A stretch of 61,273 bases of DNA from an uncultured Planctomycetia bacterium (GCA_964572255.1 CAZNEE010000007.1:3708-64980); one strand, 5' to 3'; positions 7,901 through 17,517 are shown, counted from the first letter of the stretch. Made by a program: numbers and translations. Notes: generated by a model not told the origin, from the sequence alone.

Positions 7901-8988
7901 TTTATCTCCTTCATAGCCTCGCTAAAGGCCTTTAAGAAAGCTTCATTCTCCTTTTTGGTCCCCATATTGACCCTTATAAAACCCTTGAGGCCCCATGGCG
8001 ACATCTCGCGTACTATGATCCCCTTGCTTAAAAGATATTCAAAAACTTCGATCGAATCGCGTTTCGCGTTAACAAGAACAAAATTGGTCTTACTCGGCAC
8101 ATACTCAACGCCAAGCGATCGGAGTTCTTCATAAAGTTTTTGTTTTTCCTCTTTGACGAGATCAACCGACTTCTTTACAAAATCTTCATTATCTAAAGCG
8201 GCGATCGCGGCGGCTTGCGCTATGGAATTAACATTAAAAGGTTCCCGGACCTTATTAAGTACCGCGGCTATATCCCCCCTGGCAATACCGTAACCTATCC
8301 TTAAGCCCGCGAGAGCGTAAGCTTTTGAAAAAGTCCTGGCGATGATAACATTGATATCATCTCTTTTGTGCAGCCCTATTGTCTCGGGATAATCGCCGCC
8401 CCGGGCATACTCATAATATGCTTCGTCGATAAATACAACAACTCCCTTAGGCAGCTTGGATAAAAATGAGTCCAGTTCCCCGCTATTGACATAAGTACCC
8501 GTCGGATTATCGGGATTTGCTATAAAAACTACCTTAGTTCTCTCTGATACCGCATCAAGCATGCCTTCGAGATCATATTTAAAATTTTTCGACGGAACGA
8601 TCTTTAATTCAGCCCCTTTGACCTTGGAAGCGATATGATATATCTGGAATGTGGGATCAGCCACTACAACTTCATCCCCCGGGCTAACGAACGCGTGAAG
8701 CGTGAGAACTATGATCTCATCCGAACCGCATCCGAAAACAAAATTCTCTTCAGGCACGGAAAGTTTCCTGCTCAATGCCTGTTTTAGATAAAAACATCCT
8801 CCGTCAGGGTATCTGTTGATTTCTTTCGAGGCATTTTTGATCGCTTCCAAGACTCCCGGAGGCGGACCCAAAGGATTTTCATTCGAAGCAAGTTTAATGA
8901 CTTTTTCCAGCCCGAGTTCTCTTTTAACCTCTTCAATAGGTTTACCCGGCTTATAAGGCTCTATGTCATCCAAATGTTTTTTATACAT
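7897..8988 (-). CDS. hisC: Histidinol-phosphate / aromatic aminotransferase
   Basis: KLASNENPLG, NPDNPTG, DEAY, RTFSKAYALAGLRIG. Confidence 0.95.
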   Translation of the reverse strand: MYKKHLDDIEPYKPGKPIEEVKRELGLEKVIKLASNENPLGPPPGVLEAIKNASKEINRYPDGGCFYLKQALSRKLSVPEENFVFGCGSDEIIVLTLHAFVSPGDEVVVADPTFQIYHIASKVKGAELKIVPSKNFKYDLEGMLDAVSERTKVVFIANPDNPTGTYVNSGELDSFLSKLPKGVVVFIDEAYYEYARGGDYPETIGLHKRDDINVIIARTFSKAYALAGLRIGYGIARGDIAAVLNKVREPFNVNSIAQAAAIAALDNEDFVKKSVDLVKEEKQKLYEELRSLGVEYVPSKTNFVLVNAKRDSIEVFEYLLSKGIIVREMSPWGLKGFIRVNMGTKKENEAFLKAFSEAMKEIK

Positions 8989-8992
8989 GTTT

Positions 8993-10066
8993 TTATTCTC
9001 CCCTCGGATAAGAGCCCATTATTTTAACAAAATGGCATCTCCCCTCAAGGCTTTTTAGGGATTTCTTTACCTTCGCGTCTTGTATGTGCCCGTCCATATC
9101 CACGAAAAAGTAATACTTCCACAGTTTCTGCTTTGACGGCCTCGATTCTATCTTTGTAAGATTGATGCCGTTCTTCTTGAACGAACTCAGTGTATCGTGG
9201 AGAACGCCCGGCCTATCCTTCATTGAGAACATGATAGATGTTTTATCCTTACCCGACGGACCCGGCATGTCCTTTCCTATTACAAGGAACCTGGTGATAT
9301 TGGTCGCGCTGTCCTCTATAGACCTGGCGAGAACCTTAAGATTATATCTTTTCGCGGCAAGTTCGCTTGCTATGCACGCGGAATCGGCATGTTTGGCGGC
9401 TATTTCAGCGGCTCTCGCCGTGGATGTAACGTCGCGTAATTTCGCGCCGGGCGCATTTTTCTCGATCCATTTACGGCATTGACCGAATACCTGAGGATTC
9501 GAATATATTTTGCTTATGGACTTTATGCTTTTTGCCTTGCTCAAAAGACTGTGCCGCACGGAAAAAGATACTTCGGAGCATATTAGAAGCGCCGAATCTA
9601 TAAACATATCCAGCGTGTGGTTAACGGCGCCCTCGGTAGAGTTCTCTATCGGCACGACACCGTAATCTGCATTGCCTTTTTCCACATTCATGAAAACATC
9701 CGAAATGCTGTCGCACGAAAGATAATTAACGCTTGACCCGAATTTTTTCAGTGAAACCTGGTGCGTAAAGGTAAGTTCCGGGCCCAGATATGCAACGGTT
9801 ATGGGCTGTTCCAAGGACAAACAAGCTGACATGATCTCGCGATATATCGCTTTCACGGACTTGTCGGAAAACGGGCCCGGATTTTTCTTGACCACTCTTT
9901 TGTATATCTGGCTTTCCCTGTCGGGACTGTAAACAGCCTGTTTTTTTGACTTTTTTATCTTGCCTATTTCAAAGCTTGCCCGGCCGCGTTTACTTACAAG
10001 TTCTATTATCTGCGAATCAAGCTTATCGATCTGGTTCCTGATCTGATTCAGATTCTTCGACTTCAT
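8993..10066 (-). CDS. pheA: Chorismate mutase/prephenate dehydratase (P-protein)
   Basis: CM domain (IRNQIDKLD...), PIENSTEG, TRFLVIG, LTKIESRP. Start placed at the ATG at 10066 (MKSKNL), not the ORF-track 10117. Confidence 0.95.
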   Translation of the reverse strand: MKSKNLNQIRNQIDKLDSQIIELVSKRGRASFEIGKIKKSKKQAVYSPDRESQIYKRVVKKNPGPFSDKSVKAIYREIMSACLSLEQPITVAYLGPELTFTHQVSLKKFGSSVNYLSCDSISDVFMNVEKGNADYGVVPIENSTEGAVNHTLDMFIDSALLICSEVSFSVRHSLLSKAKSIKSISKIYSNPQVFGQCRKWIEKNAPGAKLRDVTSTARAAEIAAKHADSACIASELAAKRYNLKVLARSIEDSATNITRFLVIGKDMPGPSGKDKTSIMFSMKDRPGVLHDTLSSFKKNGINLTKIESRPSKQKLWKYYFFVDMDGHIQDAKVKKSLKSLEGRCHFVKIMGSYPRGE

Positions 10067-10730
10067 CTTCTTTAAACTCCTCTTCGTTAAGATGTTGATT
10101 GCTGTTTGAATCTTCACCTATATTATCACCGGATTCTTCTTGTACTTCCTCCGAAGTCTGGTTTGCATCTACTACAACATGTTCCTGCGGCTTTGCGTAC
10201 TCAAGGTCTTCCTCGGAAAAAGTCCTGAGTTCCGGGAGATCGTTCAGCGAATTGAGCCCGAAAAGCTCCAAAAACTTATTCGTTGTCCCGTAAAGAAGCG
10301 GCTTGCCGACAACATCTTTTCTGCCTCTTATCTGTATAAGGTCCTTCTCGAGAAGGGTCTTAATAACCCCTCCCACATTTACGCCCCGAATAACTTCGAT
10401 TTCGGCTCTCGTGGCAGGCTGCCTGTAAGCGATTATCGCCAAAGTCTCTAAAGACGGTCCGCTTAATCTTTCGGGCTCCTTCTGGTACAGGTTGCGTATC
10501 CAGGGGCCGTACTCGGGTTTTGTAGCAATGAACACTTTGCCGGCCACTTCTTTCAGGTCAAAGGATCTGTTATCCCCGCTGTATTCTTCCCTTAATGAAG
10601 TAATGGCCTCATCTATGTCCCGCATGTCCACGTCTTTAACGGCGCTTTGAAGCTCTTCCCTGCTCAAACCCGAATCAAAAGCCACTAAAAGCGCTTCAAC
10701 CACTCTTTTGATCTTTTCATTCTTTTCCAT
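10023..10730 (-). CDS. scpB: SMC-Scp complex subunit ScpB
   Basis: LETLAIIAYRQPATRAEIEVIRGV, GKPLLYGTT..FLELFGL, acidic tail. Confidence 0.96.
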   Translation of the reverse strand: MEKNEKIKRVVEALLVAFDSGLSREELQSAVKDVDMRDIDEAITSLREEYSGDNRSFDLKEVAGKVFIATKPEYGPWIRNLYQKEPERLSGPSLETLAIIAYRQPATRAEIEVIRGVNVGGVIKTLLEKDLIQIRGRKDVVGKPLLYGTTNKFLELFGLNSLNDLPELRTFSEEDLEYAKPQEHVVVDANQTSEEVQEESGDNIGEDSNSNQHLNEEEFKEDEVEESESDQEPDR

Positions 10731-10746
10731 TTCATCCTCACCTATA

Positions 10747-11487
10747 TTATGAACTTTTAACCACTTCCGGATTTCTTATTATCTCTATTTCGCTGAAAAA
10801 ATCTTTCTGCACTACCACTATTTCGCGCATTTTTATAAGTTCCAGTACGGCAAGAAATATCACGATCACCTCATCCTTATTCTTGGCTTCGCCGAAAAGT
10901 TTCGAAAAATATATTTTCGGTCTTTCCGCAAGCATGTGATATATGCTGTGTATTTTATCGCTTACAGTGAACTCATTCTTGACGACCTTGTGAAAAACTT
11001 CCTTGGGAACGGTGCTTAATACCTTCCTGAAAGCCGTAATAAGATCGAAAAGGCTGGCTTCAAAATATTCTCCTTCGCCTTCAACGAAAATTTTCTCCTT
11101 TGCTTGAGGCTCGCCTTTGCGAAGGAATATATCCTTATGCCCCTCTTTCATCTCCTGAAGTTTGGACGCGGCGTCTTTGAATTTTTTGTATTCAAGGAGT
11201 CTGCGTACGAGTTCTTCTCTCGGGTCTTCCTGAAGTTCCTCTTCATCTTCCGTCTCGTCAGGCGGAAGGAGCATCTTGCTTTTTATGTGCATCAGGGTAG
11301 CCGCCATCACAAGAAACTCGCCCGCAATATCAAGATCCAGTAATTGCATCAGTTCAAGATATTCAAGATACTGCTCCGTGATATTTGAAATAGGGATATC
11401 GTGGATATCGATTTTTTCTTTTTTGATAAGAAAAAGAAGAAGATCTAACGGTCCTTCGAATATGTTTAGTTTGACTTTGTAAGACAT
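10747..11487 (-). CDS. scpA: Segregation/condensation protein ScpA
   Basis: FEGPLDLLLFLI, EFLVMAATLMHIKSKMLLP, FLAVLEL. Confidence 0.96.
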   Translation of the reverse strand: MSYKVKLNIFEGPLDLLLFLIKKEKIDIHDIPISNITEQYLEYLELMQLLDLDIAGEFLVMAATLMHIKSKMLLPPDETEDEEELQEDPREELVRRLLEYKKFKDAASKLQEMKEGHKDIFLRKGEPQAKEKIFVEGEGEYFEASLFDLITAFRKVLSTVPKEVFHKVVKNEFTVSDKIHSIYHMLAERPKIYFSKLFGEAKNKDEVIVIFLAVLELIKMREIVVVQKDFFSEIEIIRNPEVVKSS

Positions 11488-11490
11488 AAA

Positions 11491-12483
11491 TCAGTCAATT
11501 ACCTGGTGCAGGCATTTTTTGACCTTCACCATTGTCTTTTTTGCTACTTCACGCGCCCTGTCAGCGCCTTTTTTGACAACATCGTGAACTTTATCTTCAG
11601 GCAACTTGTTCCTTCTCTGGCGTATAGGATCGAGATAATTGTTCAAGGCAGCAGCCAGCTTGGTTTTTACCTCCACATCGCCGACTTTTCCCTGACGATA
11701 TCTTTCTTTCAGATCATCAACTTCCTTTTTATTCGGATTGAAAAGGTCGTGATATATGAAAACAGGGTTGCCTTCCACTTTGCCGGGAACATCGGCTCTC
11801 ACCCTATTGGGATCGGTGTACATGCTGAATACCTTCTTTTTTACCACTTCGGACGGATCCGCCAGATCTATCGTATTGTCATAACTCTTGGACATCTTAC
11901 GGTTATCTATGCCTACAAGCTTAGATGCCTTGGTAAGCAAGGGTTCCGGTTCCTTGAAAACATCTTTTCCGTATAGTTTGTTGAATTTTCTTATTATCTC
12001 TCTTGCAAGTTCCAGATGAGGCAACTGATCGACTCCGACCGGCACGCTTTCGGAATTATACAAAGCTATGTCCGCTGTCTGCAATACCGGGTATCCGAGA
12101 AAAGCATATGTGGCGAGCATCCTGCCTTTAAGTTCTCTGAGCTGCTCTTTATATGTGGTACATCTTTCAAGCCAGCCGAGAGGGGTTAAAAGCGAAAATA
12201 CCATGGCAAGTTCCAGATGCTCCGGCACCATGCTCTGTATGAAAATGACGCTTCTTTCCGGATCTATACCGCAAGCGATCCAGTCTTTAACTACTTCGTA
12301 TGTATTTTTCTTAATATCGTGAGGATTCTCATACTCGCTCATGAGGGCATGCCAATCGGCTACCATAAAAAAACAGTTGTATTTTTCCTGAAGCGCGGTC
12401 CAGTTGTTCAGCACTCCGACCATGTGTCCCAAATGAAGTTTGCCGGTCGGCCTCATCCCGCTTAGTATTATTTTCTTTGTCAC
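11491..12483 (-). CDS. trpS: Tryptophanyl-tRNA synthetase
   Basis: SGMRPTGKLHLGH, VPVGVDQ, KMSKS. Confidence 0.97.
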   Translation of the reverse strand: MTKKIILSGMRPTGKLHLGHMVGVLNNWTALQEKYNCFFMVADWHALMSEYENPHDIKKNTYEVVKDWIACGIDPERSVIFIQSMVPEHLELAMVFSLLTPLGWLERCTTYKEQLRELKGRMLATYAFLGYPVLQTADIALYNSESVPVGVDQLPHLELAREIIRKFNKLYGKDVFKEPEPLLTKASKLVGIDNRKMSKSYDNTIDLADPSEVVKKKVFSMYTDPNRVRADVPGKVEGNPVFIYHDLFNPNKKEVDDLKERYRQGKVGDVEVKTKLAAALNNYLDPIRQRRNKLPEDKVHDVVKKGADRAREVAKKTMVKVKKCLHQVID

Positions 12484-14882
12484 TTTTTATCCAATCTTCT
12501 TGTTCTTTTCTCGATTATATATGTTTCAATAACATCGTTCTTATTGAGATTGTTGAAATTTCTCATTGAAATACCGCACTCGAACCCTTCTTTGACCTCT
12601 TTCACGTCATCTTTAAACCTTTTAAGATTATCCAATTCCCCCTCAAAGATCGTCTCTTCGCCTCTTTTGACCCTTGCCCTGTCTTTACGATGAATTGTCC
12701 CTTTTGTAACCGCGCATCCGGCGACTTTACCGGTTTTTGTGGAAAATACCTCACGCACCTGCGCACGTCCCTGGAAAACCTCGACCTCTTCCGGCTCCAG
12801 AAGCCCTTCCATTCCCGCTTCAACATCCTCTATCGCTTTATAAATGACATCATATACATGTATATCAACTTTTTCGGATCTCGCCAGCTCTTCGGCTTTT
12901 GTATCTACTTTTACATGAAAACCGATAATAATAGCGTCGGAAACCAGAGCAAGCATTACATCAGATTCATTTATGTTGCCGACCGCGGCATGAATAATAT
13001 TGACCTTCACCTCTTTCGCCTTTATATTCTTTAGTGAACTTTGTAAAGCTTCAACCGACCCCTGCACATCACCTTTAAGTACTATCTTCAGTTCCTTTAT
13101 CTCGCCTTCAGCTATGCGGGCATGCAGATCCTCGAGAGAAACTCTCTGGCTTGCGGCCAATCCCTTCTTCTTATTTTCTGCCTGCTTGATGAGTGAAAGC
13201 GTTCTTGCCTTTTTTTCATCTTTTACAACGAAAAATTCGTCTCCGGCTGAAGGTACGCCTTGAAGGCCCAGAACTTCTACCGGTGTGGCAGGAGGCACTG
13301 TGCTGACCTTCTCGCCCCTGTCATTGATCATTGCTTTTACTTTTCCATAATAAATACCCGTCAACACAATATCGCCTGTATTCAAGGTCCCATTTTTAAC
13401 TAAAAGCGAAGCTACAATACCCTGGCCGGGCGTCTTTTTGCCTTCCAGAACAACACCGCGCGCTCTTATCGAAGGGCTTGCCTTAAGCTCCAACAGTTCC
13501 GACTCAAGCATAAGCATCTCAACCAGATCATCCACGCCTTCGCCGGTTTTAGCGGATACCTCCACCATAACTGTTTTTCCGCCCCAATCTTCCGATGCCA
13601 GATCTTCCTTCTGGAGTTCAGCTTTAACCTGATCAGGATTGGCTCCCGGAAGATCGCATTTATTTATCGCAACAACTATAGGCACATTCGCCGCACGGGC
13701 ATGATCTATCGCTTCTTTTGTCTGTGGCATTACCCCGTCATCCGCGGCAACAACCAGAACAACAACATCAGTTATGTTGGCGCCTCTTGCCCTCATGGAA
13801 GTGAACGCTTCGTGACCGGGAGTATCAAGAAAAGTAACGGACCCTTTAGCTGTATCCACCCTGTAAGCGCCTATGTGCTGGGTAATGCCGCCTTTTTCCC
13901 TGGCCGCTACCATTGTTTTACGTATGTAATCCAACAGTGAAGTCTTGCCGTGATCTACATGCCCCATGAATGTCACTATCGGAGCGCGAGGTACTGTCTC
14001 GGCTGTTTCCAGTTCATGGTGTTCGGTCAAAAGTTCCTCTTCCATTGACATCGGGATCTCCAATTCGTACCCGAAATCTTTCAGAATGGAACGAACCGTC
14101 TCTTCATCAAGATCCTGATTGATGTTGATAAACGCGCCTTTACGCATCATATATTGAAGAAGCTCATTAGGTTTTCTCTCTATTTTAACGGCAATAGTAC
14201 GGATGCTGGCAGGCACCTGGATCTGCACTTTTGTAAGCGGACCTTCGTGTGCCGGCATTTCCAAAGCAGCGGCCTCTTCCTTAACCGGTTCAGCCTTTTT
14301 CCCTTTCTCAAGCTTGATCTTGATCGGTCCCGCTTTTTTCACCGGTGCGGGGGCGGAAGTTTTTCCCTCCGCTGCAACGGATTTTTTCTTGGCCTTTTTA
14401 ACAACAGGTTTAGGTTTAACGACTTTTCTGATCTTTCTGACAGTCGCTTTAGCGCCTTCTTTGGCCTTTTCCTCTTCCGAAGCCCTTTTAACGATCTGAA
14501 CCGGCCTTACTGAAGGCTTTTTCTCTTGCGGCTCTTCGGCTTTTTCTTCTTTCGGTTCTTTGACCTTCTCAGCCTCGGCTTCAGCTTTCTTTTTCGGCTT
14601 TTCTTCCTTCTTTTCCTCTTCTTCCTTCTTTTTCTTTTTAGTCTTGGCCTTTTTAGGTTCTTTCTCTTCTTTCGCCTCTTTAGTCTTCTTGGGCTTTGTC
14701 TCTTTTTTGGCTTTTTTTGCCGGCTTAAAACCACCGAGCTTGATCTTAACCAGACCGGCTATTTTAGGATCTACTTCGCTTTTTTCGTCTTCAACGTCAA
14801 CATAAAGATTGCGGAGCTGTTCTATGACAGCCTCGCTTGTCACACCAAGTTCTTTCGCCAGATCCTTAACTTTTAAAGCCAT
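12480..14882 (-). CDS. infB: Translation initiation factor IF-2
   Basis: GHVDHGKT, DTPGHEAF, NKCD GTPase motifs and a K/E-rich N-terminal region. Confidence 0.98.
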   Translation of the reverse strand: MALKVKDLAKELGVTSEAVIEQLRNLYVDVEDEKSEVDPKIAGLVKIKLGGFKPAKKAKKETKPKKTKEAKEEKEPKKAKTKKKKKEEEEKKEEKPKKKAEAEAEKVKEPKEEKAEEPQEKKPSVRPVQIVKRASEEEKAKEGAKATVRKIRKVVKPKPVVKKAKKKSVAAEGKTSAPAPVKKAGPIKIKLEKGKKAEPVKEEAAALEMPAHEGPLTKVQIQVPASIRTIAVKIERKPNELLQYMMRKGAFININQDLDEETVRSILKDFGYELEIPMSMEEELLTEHHELETAETVPRAPIVTFMGHVDHGKTSLLDYIRKTMVAAREKGGITQHIGAYRVDTAKGSVTFLDTPGHEAFTSMRARGANITDVVVLVVAADDGVMPQTKEAIDHARAANVPIVVAINKCDLPGANPDQVKAELQKEDLASEDWGGKTVMVEVSAKTGEGVDDLVEMLMLESELLELKASPSIRARGVVLEGKKTPGQGIVASLLVKNGTLNTGDIVLTGIYYGKVKAMINDRGEKVSTVPPATPVEVLGLQGVPSAGDEFFVVKDEKKARTLSLIKQAENKKKGLAASQRVSLEDLHARIAEGEIKELKIVLKGDVQGSVEALQSSLKNIKAKEVKVNIIHAAVGNINESDVMLALVSDAIIIGFHVKVDTKAEELARSEKVDIHVYDVIYKAIEDVEAGMEGLLEPEEVEVFQGRAQVREVFSTKTGKVAGCAVTKGTIHRKDRARVKRGEETIFEGELDNLKRFKDDVKEVKEGFECGISMRNFNNLNKNDVIETYIIEKRTRRLDKK

Positions 14883-14894
14883 AATTCACCTTTG

Positions 14895-16277
14895 TTAATC
14901 TTCCTTTTTAGATTCTTCTTCAGTTTTCTCTTGTTCCTCTTCAGGTTTTTCTTGTTCCTCTTCGGATCCTTCTTCAGAGGCTCCTTCCTCGGTCTTGCCC
15001 GCTTCCGGCTTCTCAGGAACTTCCGGTGCTTCACTCGCCTCCGGCTTCTCGGAATCTTCCGGCTCTGCCTCTTGGCCCTGCGCGGTACCTTCTTCAGCCT
15101 CCGGAACTTCTTCTTCTGATTCGCCTTCAGCCTGCTGCTGTCTTACAATTTCCATAGCCGCTTCGCAAGCAGCAATGATCTTTTCCGCAGTTTTCTCGCC
15201 TATTCCCTCAATAGCAGTTAATCCGTCCATCCCTGCCTCAACTACCTTATCAGTTGAACCAAGGCCGGCTGCCTCCAGTTTTTCGCGGGCACTCTTGCTT
15301 ATACCTTCAACGTCCGACAGAGGAAGCTCATACACTTCAACTATTGTTTCCGCATTAAGATTCCAGCCGAGAAGTTTTGAAGCAAGACGTATATTTCGCC
15401 CCTTTTTGCCTATAACAAGCGACAATTGGTCCTGAGAAACGGCTAAAGTTATAGAATTATTTTCCCGATGGATCTCTACACCTCCGATCTCAGCGGGGCT
15501 TAATGCAGCCTTGAGATATTCCCTCAGATCGTCGTTCCACCGGACAATATCTATCCTTTCGCCGTGCAGTTCTTTAACAATATCTTTCACACGGGAACCG
15601 CGTACACCGACACAAGCTCCCACCGGATCTATTTTTTCATCTTTTGAATAAACGGCTATTTTTGTTCTTTCACCCGGTTCACGGGCAATAGATTTGATCT
15701 CAACTATGCCTTCGGTTATTTCCGGAACCTCTAATTCGAAAAGCTTCTTAACGAATCCTTCGTGCGTTCTGGAAAGTATTATCTCCGGCCCGCCGGTATC
15801 ATTTCTTACTTCCAGAAGAAAGGCACGTATGCTTTCGCCTTGTCTGAATTTCTCGCGGGACATCTGCTCTGTCTTCGGCAAAAAAGCCTCTGTATCATCC
15901 AATTCAACGACAATGTTTCCTTTTTCAAATCTATGGACAAGCCCGCTGATAATAGTCCCGACCTTATTATAATATTTCTCATATATCACGTCTCTTTCAG
16001 CTTCCCGGATCTTCTGTATAATGACCTGTTTGGCGGTTTGAGCCGCGATACGCCCGAATCTTTCGCTTTCCACTTGTTCGCCCTCTTTAAAGACCTTTAT
16101 CTCGCCCGTTTCCTTGTTCATGGAAACGGTTATCTCTTCCTTGGGAACATCAGGATCGTCGATAGCTTTACGTGCTGCGCTGACCAAAGCGCTCTCGATC
16201 GCCTGGAATAAGATCTCCCTGCTCAGACCTTTTTCCCTTACAAGCCGATCAATTGCCGTTAAAAGTTCTCCATTCAT
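14895..16277 (-). CDS. nusA: Transcription factor NusA with C-terminal HhH region and acidic tail
   Basis: RIAAQTAKQVIIQKIREAER, AREPGERTKIAV, GACVGVRGSR, IGKKGRNIRLA. Confidence 0.97.
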   Translation of the reverse strand: MNGELLTAIDRLVREKGLSREILFQAIESALVSAARKAIDDPDVPKEEITVSMNKETGEIKVFKEGEQVESERFGRIAAQTAKQVIIQKIREAERDVIYEKYYNKVGTIISGLVHRFEKGNIVVELDDTEAFLPKTEQMSREKFRQGESIRAFLLEVRNDTGGPEIILSRTHEGFVKKLFELEVPEITEGIVEIKSIAREPGERTKIAVYSKDEKIDPVGACVGVRGSRVKDIVKELHGERIDIVRWNDDLREYLKAALSPAEIGGVEIHRENNSITLAVSQDQLSLVIGKKGRNIRLASKLLGWNLNAETIVEVYELPLSDVEGISKSAREKLEAAGLGSTDKVVEAGMDGLTAIEGIGEKTAEKIIAACEAAMEIVRQQQAEGESEEEVPEAEEGTAQGQEAEPEDSEKPEASEAPEVPEKPEAGKTEEGASEEGSEEEQEKPEEEQEKTEEESKKED

Positions 16278-16315
16278 TTTACTCTCACTCTCTTATTTAT
16301 GCTAATCAGCAGTTT

Positions 16316-16777
16316 CTATAATTTTACAACCAGTTTTGCTCTTGTAATGTTCTTTCTGTCCAAAATAACAGTATGCCCTGTCCCTTGTTCGATAGTTACA
16401 CTGAAACCGTCCGCTCCAACAAGTTTACCGCTTATACTGTTTTTATTATCCACCGGTTCCTTCACGTTCACCGTTATATCGCGACCGGCGGCCCAGTTAA
16501 AATCATTGTCTGTCTTGAGTTCCCTATCTAACCCGGGTGAGCATACGTCTAATGTATATCCGCCTGAAAAAAGCGCTTTTTTCTCTATCCAGGACAGTAT
16601 GTATTTATTGAAATCGCCGCACTCATCAAGCGTGATGCCGCCTTCCTTATCAAGTATTACCTCAATATGCACAACTTTACCGCCTTTGACGGTTATATCA
16701 ACAAGCTTATAATTCTCTTTTTCCGCTTCTTCTTTAATATAACTCCTGAGTTCTTCCGGTATAATAGATACATTCAT
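16316..16777 (-). CDS. rimP: Ribosome maturation factor RimP
   Basis: GGITLDEC, YTLDVCSPGLDREL, position directly upstream of nusA. Confidence 0.93.
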   Translation of the reverse strand: MNVSIIPEELRSYIKEEAEKENYKLVDITVKGGKVVHIEVILDKEGGITLDECGDFNKYILSWIEKKALFSGGYTLDVCSPGLDRELKTDNDFNWAAGRDITVNVKEPVDNKNSISGKLVGADGFSVTIEQGTGHTVILDRKNITRAKLVVKL

Positions 16778-16813
16778 TGTTCCCGCCTATTTTAACGTTT
16801 TCTTCTTAATAAT

Positions 16814-16839
16814 AAAAAAAGTGGGCGCGTGGCCCACTT
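16814..16839 (-). terminator. Terminator-like attenuator hairpin in the rimP-nusA-infB leader
   Basis: Minus strand AAGTGGGC-CACGC-GCCCACTT then TTTTT, between the promoter and the rimP ATG. Confidence 0.75.
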
Positions 16840-16863
16840 CCTGCTTCACTTAAGTTGTAAGTA

Positions 16864-16892
16864 ATTTTAATATATTAATATATAAGTGTCAA
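16864..16892 (-). promoter_or_regulatory. sigma70 promoter of the rimP-nusA-infB operon
   Basis: TTGACA (16887-16892), 17-nt spacer, TAAAAT (16864-16869). Confidence 0.8.
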
Positions 16893-16933
16893 GCCATATT
16901 TATCTGTCCAATACATGAGCAAGCGCACTTTCC

Positions 16934-17500
16934 TTAATCATATTCAACCGATGTCCGTCCTTCGGGCCTTCCGAATGAATCGTAATATTCGTTAGTTTCG
17001 CCGGCTAATGTCGGCCCGGGGTTAAATTCTTCGTCAGGATCTATATTATCTTCTTCATACTGCTTGGCTACAAGATCGCCTTCTTTATTATATTGCTTGC
17101 ATTCCTTCAAGCGCCCATCTGAACCGTAGTAGCATTCTTGGACTAAGTTGCCATTTTTATATCGCCATCTCATCATGGCCCATCCGTCCATGTTCTCTTT
17201 TAATCTGCCCATGCTGTTATAGTAGCATTCTTCTGTTTTATGGCCGTTTTCGCCGTATTTTTCGCTTTGCTCTAAAGTGCCGTTCTGCCTGTAATAAGCA
17301 ACTCCTGTTAAATTTCCGCTACGGTCATATACTCTTCGCACTCTTACTTTTCCATTATCCCAATAATCGCATTCTTGACTCAGATCTCTTTTTTTTGAAT
17401 TCTTCTCCGACTTTGCCGGCCAGAAAAAAGCCTTTGATTCAATAGCGCACATTATTACAGAAAATATAAATATAAGAGTTAATATGGCGAACTTTTTCAT
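16934..17500 (-). CDS. Exported repeat protein (YwqK/MORN-like or YD-like repeats), function unknown
   Basis: Signal peptide MKKFAILTLIFIFSVIMCAIESKA. Repeats YWDNGKV, YYRQNGTL, YYNSMGRL, YYGSDGRL, YYDSFGRP. Confidence 0.7.
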   Translation of the reverse strand: MKKFAILTLIFIFSVIMCAIESKAFFWPAKSEKNSKKRDLSQECDYWDNGKVRVRRVYDRSGNLTGVAYYRQNGTLEQSEKYGENGHKTEECYYNSMGRLKENMDGWAMMRWRYKNGNLVQECYYGSDGRLKECKQYNKEGDLVAKQYEEDNIDPDEEFNPGPTLAGETNEYYDSFGRPEGRTSVEYD

Positions 17501-17517
17501 GAGAAATCTCCTTTCAA

